Of a DNA stretch of 64,000 nucleotides, positions 55,473-64,000 are shown piece after piece. The position numbers and the translations under genes were made by a program. The stretch is from the NCBI GenBank assembly GCA_951406725.2, contig OX597820.1, positions 91,016,001-91,080,000 of the forward strand, given 5' to 3'. Source of the stretch: Octopus vulgaris (Eukaryota). Each line of letters opens with the position of its first letter. Within the stretch, counting starts at the first letter, position 1. The notes beneath the pieces were generated by a model. That model worked only from the letters and a program-made list of their open reading frames with translations. It was not told the origin of the DNA and ran no database searches.

Positions 55473-55858
55473 TAGTTCCTATTTGCTTATCCCTAGAAAG
55501 TGTGAAAAATGGCTAATATTTCCTTTAAACTTTGCTTTTGTTACATTTATTAAAATCTCAAAGAATGCCTCCCAACATATGGCTATGATATTTCTCCACT
55601 ACTCATGCTCAGAGATACACACATTGACAGCCATTAAGTGACTAAGGTGTAGCAACTGACAAGAAAATCTGTGGTGTGGAACAGAATATTTGCTATAATT
55701 ATATTTCTGCGTCAGCAACTAAGTGCTGAGTCTGTCTGAAGTGTAATGGAAAACAGGTTAGTTTCAAAACAGTGATGTCTAAGATCACAAAAGCAAAGTT
55801 TGAAGAGAATAGTAGTCCTTTCCTTTTATTTCTGGTTAAAAGTAAATAGGAAATAACA
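55473..55858. mobile_element. MITE with ~65-bp imperfect TIRs, copy 2
   Basis: ttcctatttgctt..aaactttgcttttgt and acaaaagcaaagttt..aagtaaataggaa. Confidence 0.75.
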
Positions 55859-57299
55859 CTTGCTTACCAAAAAATCTTAATAGAAGCCATGAATATTACA
55901 TTTGTATTTTTTGGTGAATTTAAATTCTCTACAGAAACTGAAATAGAAATCAGCGTCGAATGTATCCATATTTTCATAAAATGACCTGCAGTTTAGAAGA
56001 ACTTAGAGCAATGACATGGCTAAGTCCTCCTAGGCTATTCCCATCAATCCAACTGGCGTCCAGCTAAAAAATTTGTACTTCAATGGTTGTAAGGAAAGAC
56101 TAAGTAGAGATGAGGATACCAGAAGGCTTGCAAACCCGCCCGGGGATATATATATATATAAGTGGTATAACAAGGCACCAATATTTACTGGAAAATAGCA
56201 ATCGATACAAATACGACACTATTGTATAGCTTCACTGTGTATTTACTAGCAAAGACGCGTGTGTGTGTGCAACAAACATGAAAAATTTGTCTTACCTCCA
56301 GGAAGAACATTCGATAAATGGACAACCTAGAATCGGATAATGCAGGACCGGTTCCTGACTCTTCAAATACTTTTGACAACGTAAATTTGATCAGTCTTCA
56401 TCAGCTGCATTTACCTAGACAATATTTCAAATGTTGCCACACAAATTACTATAAATGCTTCTTTTAGAGGAAGGGGTAAATCTATTAATCCCACTCCAGA
56501 ACTCAACTGGTACTTGTTTTAATCTAACTCGGGAGGATGAAAGTAATGTCGTTCTCGATTGCATTTCAGCTCACTGCGTGAAGAGCCCTTCATACTGTAA
56601 TACGAAAGGAATTTTTAAAGATCTAAAGAAGCTGCCTGCTTTCAAGTCCAAAACGTTTTAAAGCATTTTTTTTTTTTTTTGCGGAGTGGAGTGGGGACTT
56701 GTTTAACCAATATTTTGCACGCCATTATTTATAGTTTTATCTGCTTCGAATTTCACAGTTTAAAATGTTTTATTGTTTTGTAAATTTAATGATAAAATGG
56801 TATAAATCAATGATACAAATTGTAAATTAAAGCTATCTATGTACTCAGATGTCCACTAAAGAAATCTTGATGAATTAAATGACTATCTCTTGGCAATAAG
56901 TTCAGTAGTTTCTCAAATAAATTTCACTTTCTGAAAGTGAAAGTTCATTCTTCATATGATTATTTAATTTTAACTTTACTGGTTTATTGTTTGAATTCGT
57001 CTCACACATACATGCTATCTCTTCCCCTCTCTATTTCCTCTCATTTCCTTCTCTCTCTCTCTCTCTCTATCTCTATTTCTTTCTCCCTCTTTCTGGCTCT
57101 CATTCACTGTCTCTCTCTTCTCGACCTTTTCTTTCTCTTGCCACAAGTCCCTCCCTCCTCTCACCTCTCTCTCATTTGCTGCTATCTTTCTTACAAAGAC
57201 GTCATCTTTTTTAGTGCTTAGACATCACTAAATGCAGATAAATGCTTCAGCATTCTTCTGACATAGATACAATCAGCTTCATTTAGACAAGTTCCACAT

Positions 57300-57331
<32 letters not shown>

Positions 57332-57557
57332 TATATTTATACTTACACACACACACACACATATATATATATACATATGTATACATTGATACATACAAGC
57401 ATATATATATGCATATGTGAGCGCGTGTCTTTATATGTATACTGTTAAAATCTATTGGATTCCAGACAACCTTCCCAAAGTAATTTTAATTACTTAGCAT
57501 GATTGAAAGTGACATTACTCTTTACACTTACTCTCAGACTTCTAAAATTAATATAGA

Positions 57558-57590
57558 CTAGCGGGACCTGTGGAAATTCCACGGAAGTAA
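57558..57590 (-). mobile_element. Helitron 3' terminus (body extent unresolved)
   Basis: Minus strand ccGTGGA-att-TCCACagg hairpin, then tcccg-CTAG followed by T: the Helitron hairpin plus CTRR signature. Confidence 0.65.
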
Positions 57591-57844
57591 GAAAATTAAG
57601 AAGTGGTATTTAAGAAAGAAAGCATGATTTACACGTTTATTGTATATAAACCTTAGCATTGCCAGTGCAATAAATCATACAAAAATGTACAATAACAATC
57701 TATACAAGACTTAATGCACATATCATTCATTAGTGTTTAATTCCAATGAATCTGCAAAATTATTATACAATTACATATTCCTTATTACGCAATATTTTAT
57801 CAACATTACGTTACATTATATACAATTAATGTAGAATAAATGCC

Positions 57845-57918
57845 GAACCAGTAATGCTACGTGGACGCAACAACACCAACACTGGTTGTCAAGTAGTGAT
57901 GGGGTACAAACACACTCA

Positions 57919-57987
<69 letters not shown>

Positions 57988-58100
57988 CAGCTTCAGTTTA
58001 CCAAATCCAAGACCAAGGTTTTGGTCGGCCTGACGCTGTAGTGGAAGACACTTTCTTAAGGTACCACGCAGCGGGACTGAACCCGGAATCAAGTCGTTTG
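57845..58100 (-). mobile_element. SINE family A, partial
   Basis: gaagacactttcttaaggtaccacgcagcgggactgaacccggaa; abuts the Penelope fragment. Confidence 0.75.
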
Positions 58101-58102
58101 CC

Positions 58103-58292
58103 ATGTTCCTCTACCCTTATTTTGAGGGGGCGGCATGTTTCGTCTTTGTATAACATACCACAGCTGCTTGGGATGAAGTACACGTAGTTCTTAGTTATAT
58201 TCTCTTATATTGGTGGTTTTACTCGGAGATATTTGCGAAGTGTTGTATTACTTTTGAATACCGTCCTGATGTCATAATAACATCGAAAAATA
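58103..58292 (-). mobile_element. Penelope-like GIY-YIG endonuclease fragment
   Basis: YDIRTVFKSNTTLRKYLRVKPPI*ENITKNYVYFIPSSCGMLYKDETCRPLKIRVEEH, matching the PLE VYxIPCxCGxxYxGETxRxLxxRxxEH motif. Confidence 0.9.
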
Positions 58293-58294
58293 CC

Positions 58295-58467
58295 TTGAGA
58301 ATGATAACCCAGGTTCAAAATTTCCCCAAGACACCTGATGAAGGCTGGAGGGTATATCAACCGAAACGTTGTATTAACAACAAACAAGATGAGGACAAAT
58401 ATCCGTCAATAGTAAATAATGTAAATAACGTATATAATTCCTCATCTCTTAAAAATAGAACTGTATT
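58295..58467 (+). mobile_element. Penelope pLTR segment, inverted relative to the adjacent ORF fragment
   Basis: Carries a hammerhead motif and joins the minus-strand GIY-YIG fragment directly. Confidence 0.75.
58330..58375 (+). ncRNA. Minimal type I hammerhead ribozyme motif
   Basis: gacac-CTGATGA-a-GGCTG-gagggtatat-CAACC-GAAAC-GTT-gtatt: intact core, one mismatch each in stems I and II. Confidence 0.75.
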
Positions 58468-58587
58468 AAGGAAAAAGATTTTCTCCAATACATAGACTTC
58501 ACTTTGACGTGCTCCAGATATTCAAACTGAGACGTTAGAATAATGTAGAAGTAAGAATCAAATTTAGGTAAGTCAAAATCACATGGA

Positions 58588-58823
58588 CAGTAATCCCTTG
58601 CCATATCGCAGTTCACCTATCGCACACTCAGTACATCGCGGTTCCCCTATCGCACATTCAATGCATCGCGGATTTCTCTGGCTAATGTATGTAAATTTAT
58701 ATCGCGGACTCCTCAGTATATTCAGATTTCTGCGACCGATAGGTATTTATATTTTCTTTAGAATTTAATTATTTCTGTGGGAAGTTTTGGAACGTAACAC
58801 CTGCGATGGTCGAGAGATTGCTG
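58588..58823. mobile_element. Tigger/pogo-like MITE
   Basis: TIRs cagtaatcccttgccatatcgcag and ctgcgatggtcgagagattgctg followed by TA; internal ~30-bp tandem repeat. Confidence 0.65.
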
Positions 58824-58836
58824 TACATTTATATTA

Positions 58837-59462
58837 AACAAGGATGCATGAATTTCTCCAAAGGTATATTCAATACAACAAACATATTAAAAGTATATAG
58901 ATATATAAAAATATATACAGTAATCAATACATGAAAAATATACATATAAAAATATATAAATAGATAGATATATGCATTAAAAATCTATTGAAAAAATAAA
59001 TAATTATACAGGCCGCCTTGCAGATTATAAAACGAAGTCACAAAAAGAGTTAAGAGACTATGAGATAAAAAGTTCGATTGTAACTAATCTAGTTAATAAT
59101 CCTACGGCCATATCTGGGGGTCCGGTTGTGCAGTCATAAAAGATATGTTTACATCCATTTTTGGACACCATCTCCTTCATCAGGGAAAAAAATTTCTATA
59201 ACGACTCACATGTATTAACTGGATTAGTAATACCCAATCTCTTTATCGTATAGACTCTTAACTCTTATTATAACTTCGTTTTATAATCTGCAAGTCGACC
59301 TATCTATTTAATTTTTTTTTTCAATATTTTTTAATGTATATACCTATATATTTTTATATGTATATTTTTAACGTATTGATTACTCTATATATTTTTATAT
59401 ATGTAAATATTTTTAATACGTTTGATGTACTGAATATACTTTTGGAGAAATTCCTGCTTGTT
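58837..59462. repeat. Large inverted repeat (arms 58837-59098 and 59213-59462), probably PLE pLTR-derived
   Basis: aatttctccaaaag vs cttttggagaaatt, ttgcagattataaaacgaagt vs acttcgttttataatctgcaa, aagagttaagag vs ctcttaactctt. Confidence 0.9.
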
Positions 59463-59533
59463 GGATCTAAGCATGAATAAATATAAATGTATATGTGAAT
59501 TTTATTTGACTAAATTTTATTCTTACTTCTACG

Positions 59534-59599
<66 letters not shown>

Positions 59600-60037
59600 A
59601 TAGTTGGATATTTTTCTACACCAAGCACCTGAAGTGATACAGCGTGCATTGATTGATGCAATGCAACCAGATGCACAGTATCTTACCATTATGGAATGGA
59701 TGCAAGATGGGTCAAAACGAAAGATTAGTACAAAATCCATCTTCCGTTTCCTTTATCAACTCTGTGTGTGTGTGTGTGTATACACATTTCATATAGCAGC
59801 AGCAACAGAAAGAAAACTATCAGCAGTCATATCCGAAGCCTTTGTTGCCCCTCTTTTCAAAACCTACATTTACCGTTTGTAGTATATCCTATTTTCTTTT
59901 TAAAAAAATCCGAGACTACCTTTTGAAAGGAGATCGTGTCGTCAATTAGATCAATACAATGATAACACAGAAATAAAACAAACTGATCAGAAAAGAAAAT
60001 GGACTCAGAATGTAAAAGGGTTGAAAATAACTAAATA

Positions 60038-60424
60038 GACGTAGGAGTGGCTGTGTGGTAAGTAGCTTGCTTACGAACTACATGGTTCCGGGTTCAGTCC
60101 CACTGCGTGGCACCTTGGGCAAGTGTCTTCTACTATAGCCTCGGGCCGACCAAAGCCTTGTGAGTGGATTTGGTAGACGGAAACTGAAAGAAGCCCGTCG
60201 TATATATGGATATATATGTGTCTGTGTTTGTCCCCCGCCAACATCGCTTGACAACCGATGCTGGTGTATTTATGTTACCGTAACTTAGCGGTTCGGCAAA
60301 AGAGACCGATAGAATAAGTACTAGGCTTCCAAAGACTAAGTCCTGGGGTCGATTTGCTCGGCTAAAGGCGGTGCTCCAGTATGGCCGCAGTCAAATGACT
60401 GAAACAAGTAAAAGAGTAAAAGAG
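60038..60424 (+). mobile_element. SINE family A, young full-length copy
   Basis: Colinear with 39310-39703; ends in gtaaaagagtaaaagag. Confidence 0.92.
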
Positions 60425-61582
60425 TGGATTCTCCGTTTGTATCGACAATTAATATTCAGTTGCTTGACCAATTCGTGAACTTGTAGTTTTAGAGGCTGAA
60501 TATTAGATACAGGTAAGCTGAACATAACTTTCAAGCCGAATCTGGGACAATTTAGAAGTGGGAAGATATCAACCCCTTGTGTGATATTTTATTTACTGAT
60601 CGCAAAAACGATGAAAGGGCTTGAACGCAGAAAGTCTGAACGAATTTCACATAGCCTTCTATCTGACTCTCTAACGGTTCCGCTAATTTATTGCCTTGAA
60701 ACTATATACAGTGAGAGCAATTAACCCGATCGTTTCTGCCAACTCATCGATCTTATTTTAATTGAATATTGATAAAGAGGTGGTACGACGATGTAATGAT
60801 ATAATTATACACCTTTGTCAAGATCATTTCTCTTCGGTTAGGTCGAAAATGCCTTTGGGAAGGGCATGAACGTTAGACTCTCTTAGTAAAGGACTTAGTC
60901 AAGAAGAAACCAATACGCAGTGCTGCGTGATAATTCCTTCAAAGAAATTTGGCCTTTAGAATAATGGTAAATTGCGGGGAAGAAACTGTCAGAGTGCCAG
61001 TGAATTCATGTGTGGTGGGTGGCGCACAATTTAACATTGTGGAAACGACCCCTTTCTCCAACATTCATTTGAATGACATCCATATTAGACAACTGACTTG
61101 GCAACAGACATTGGAATCACCATAAGTATAACATCATTAAGATTATATACAAACTTAATAACGAACAACAATTCCGATTCAAATTGTTTTCTTCTTTCTT
61201 TTCAATATTAAGTTTTACTTTACTGTCAAACTCATTCTGTTTTAATATTACTCGAAATCTAGGATCAGCCGTCGGAGTTTTAAAAAATCGAACTCGCAGC
61301 AAAATTCAATATTAAGGGAAAATCTTTTTTAACTAATTCCTATTTCAAAACTTTATTAAATTTTAGTTAAATTCAAAATTTTAGTTTACTCTTTTAACAA
61401 AAATATTCATTTGTGAAGATAAAAGGTAAGGGTATAAAAACACTCTTCACCTTTTTTCTTGATACGATAATTTCTATAGTCCACGTTGCTCTGACGCTGG
61501 TCAACTCCTACCGAGCAAACAATTGATCAAAATCATTCTAGTCAATGCATTTTAATATATTCTTTTATTATTTCTGACTTAT

Positions 61583-61957
61583 AAGGCGGCGAGCTGGCAG
61601 AATCCTTGCACGCCAGACAAAATGCTTATCGGCATTTCGTCCGTCTTAATATTCTGAGTTTGAATTCGGACGAGTCGACTTACACTTCCATTTGAACTCA
61701 GAACGTAACGGCAGACGAAATACCTATTTCTTTACTACCCACAAGGGGCTAAACACAGAGGGGACAAACAATGACAGACAAACGGATTAAGTCGATTACA
61801 TCGACCCCTGTGCGTAACTGGTACTTAATTTATCGACCTCGAAAGGATGAAAGGCAAAGTCGACCTTGGCGGAATTTGAACTCAGAACGTAACGGCAGAC
61901 GAAATACGGCTACTCATTTCATCCCGCGTGCTAACGTTTCTGCCAGCTCGCCGCCTT
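61583..61957. mobile_element. Tail-to-tail SINE B pair: + fragment 61583-61689 and young - copy 61690-61957
   Basis: aaggcggcgagctggcagaa at left and ttctgccagctcgccgcctt at right. Confidence 0.9.
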
Positions 61958-62134
61958 TTCTCACCAGAAGCTTTCCATTAATGACCATCCTATCCTTTTA
62001 AAAGGACAACATTATTTACTGCATCCTGTATTTTCATGGGATTGTGATTTGTAGCAGATGTGCTTGTTATTGGTGGTGTTGTAATGTTGTTGTCACTGGT
62101 AGTTTTCTTTTATGATGGAAATATTTGTTATACA

Positions 62135-62314
62135 CAGCCATACCCACGTTACGGAAACGTTGCGTTCATGAAGATTCTACTGTAACGCAGAGTTACGTGT
62201 AATATGCTTTCCCATTGACTTCCAAATACCGTAGACGTCAGTAAGATAACAAAGCCGGTTTCGTGTTACGGAACCCCAAATTACGGCATAATTTTCGCAA
62301 CACGAGAACACCTG
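62135..62314. mobile_element. Tigger/pogo-like MITE remnant
   Basis: cagccatacccacgttacg and cgcaacacgagaacacctg followed by TA; internal ttcccattgacttc. Confidence 0.45.
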
Positions 62315-63579
62315 TATTTCACTGAATTAAATATCATAGTGATACCCATGACATTCTGAGCAATAGAAAATTTATTTCAGCGAAAAAAAAACAAATTAAT
62401 AAGAAAAGTAGGGAAGAAAACATTTTCTATTTACAACATGGTTAAATTCTTCGAGAATTTTCGTAACATTATCGTTCGGTGATGTAGTCCATGTGAAATT
62501 ATTTTTGATTCTGAATGGTAACAACACGCTTAGATCGCAGTCTTGTCCATTACAAAAGCATTGTACGAACATCATTTACTAACAAGAACCTACTCTAGCG
62601 GAAATTCAATCTAGATTCTCTAACAATATACTCAAAACACATTCACAGCTCCGTTGCTGACTGTCTAGTAGTAGTAATATGATAGCTAAAAACCCATGGT
62701 AATAAATAGCTTCAAAAGTATAATGAAATGGCGAGGATTTCAAGTATGTTGCGTTATTGATATATCTACGAGGTTACATGAACGTATAAATAACATTTCT
62801 CTTTGGGCTTTGATACCTGTGTGAGTTCAGATCATATCTGACTACAATGTTAATTTTTTTTTTTTGCCTATTATGTAAACTTTTTTTTATATATTTGCTG
62901 CCAGCATCTAAAGTCTTGTTTACTGGCCTCCTATAAACGGCTTCTTCTTCTTCTTCTTCTTGCTTGTTCTTCTTCTTCTCCTTCTCCTTCTTCTCCACCT
63001 CCTCCTCCTCCTTTCCCACTGCAGGCGTGTTTATAGAATAAATAACTCGTGTATGCTTGAATTTTATATGTGAATAAAGGTTGATAGAAAGAATAAGTCA
63101 GTAAATGCTTGTGTAAGCATAAACGAATTCAGGGAGGAAAAAGAAATTTTTACTGTAAAAAAAGCACAATAAAATCCGTCAATAAACAAGTGATTTAAGG
63201 TTTTATTTTTGGTTCATTGTTTTACACAAGATATTGAATAAAACATGATATTTTTTCAACATTAGTGTAATGCCATTACATAAACTAGGAGAAATACTTT
63301 CCTCCAGGCAATTTTCTCACACTTTATGTAATATGCGTGTTATCACATCTGTTTCTTTATAATTATTATTATAAATATAAGACTATACTGTTCAATGTAA
63401 CTATTATTAAGATATCATTGAAAAGGAACTTCAACTTCTATAAATAAATAAATAAATAAATAAATGAGGAAATACAACTAATTAGAAAGAGAATTAATTT
63501 AGATGTAATTCAAGATTGGGCTAAGACTGGGCGTCACTAATATCCTGTCATCGCACAAGCATCTGTAAATAAAATCTCA

Positions 63580-63950
63580 TCTTCATCATTTATTGTATGT
63601 TTTCCATGCTGACATGATTGGACGTTTTTACAGGATCCGGTGAGTTACAGGGCTGCATCACGCACCATATCAACTTTGTCATAGTTTCTACTGCTGGATG
63701 CCTTCCTAATGCCAGTCACTTTAAAGTGGGTATTGAGTACTTTTCTTTGTGTCACAAGCATTAGTGGGGTTGCCATGTAACTTACATATATACGATGGGC
63801 TTCTTTCAGTTTCCATCTACCAAATACACTCACAAGGCTTTGGTCAGCCCGAGGCTATAGTAGAAGACACTTGCCCAAGGTGCCACACAGTGGGAATGAA
63901 CCCAGAACCATGTGGTTGGTAAACAAGCTACTTACCACACAGCCACTCCA
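63580..63950 (-). mobile_element. SINE A head and body joined to a different (RTE-like) tail
   Basis: 63790-63950 is the family A 5' half; 63580-63780 minus reads ggcattaggaaggcatccagc..cgtccaatcatgtcagcatggaaaa..atgatgaagatg instead of the usual A tail. Confidence 0.75.
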
Positions 63951-64000
63951 TATGTATGTATAAATATATGTATGTATGTATGTATATATAAAGGAAAGAA

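Noticed and set aside
56296-56326. Alternative frame GCPFIECSS resembling a small-GTPase G5 motif
   Set aside because: Lacks SAK and no other G-box exons were found

Overview
AT-rich eukaryotic non-coding DNA (intron or intergenic), dense in microsatellites and transposable elements. The tRNA-type SINE families and (TA)n/(TACA)n/(TAA)n load look like an octopus (coleoid cephalopod) genome; this is an inference from repeat content, not a database match. I find no intact or identifiable host gene, and almost all supplied ORFs are translations of microsatellites or SINEs. The recognisable protein relics all come from mobile elements: several R4/Dong-type restriction-like-endonuclease LINE 3' ends, Penelope RT and GIY-YIG fragments, CR1/L2-type 3' ends, Tc1 and mariner transposase fragments, and a Helitron PIF1-type helicase C-terminus. 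There are also at least four SINE-like families (labelled A-D here) and hAT- and Tigger-like MITEs. The most interesting structures are (i) a CR1-type 3' end sharing its terminal motif and stem-loop with the tail of SINE A, (ii) head/tail module swapping among SINEs, (iii) Penelope hammerhead-ribozyme motifs in inverted pLTR arrangements, including a ~625-bp fold-back, (iv) a 134-bp inverted duplication of a chimeric junction bracketing the Helitron relic, and (v) microsatellite-associated Dong-like insertions. I see no convincing evidence of a wholly new protein-based system. Exon-like segments are reported only as low-confidence leads.
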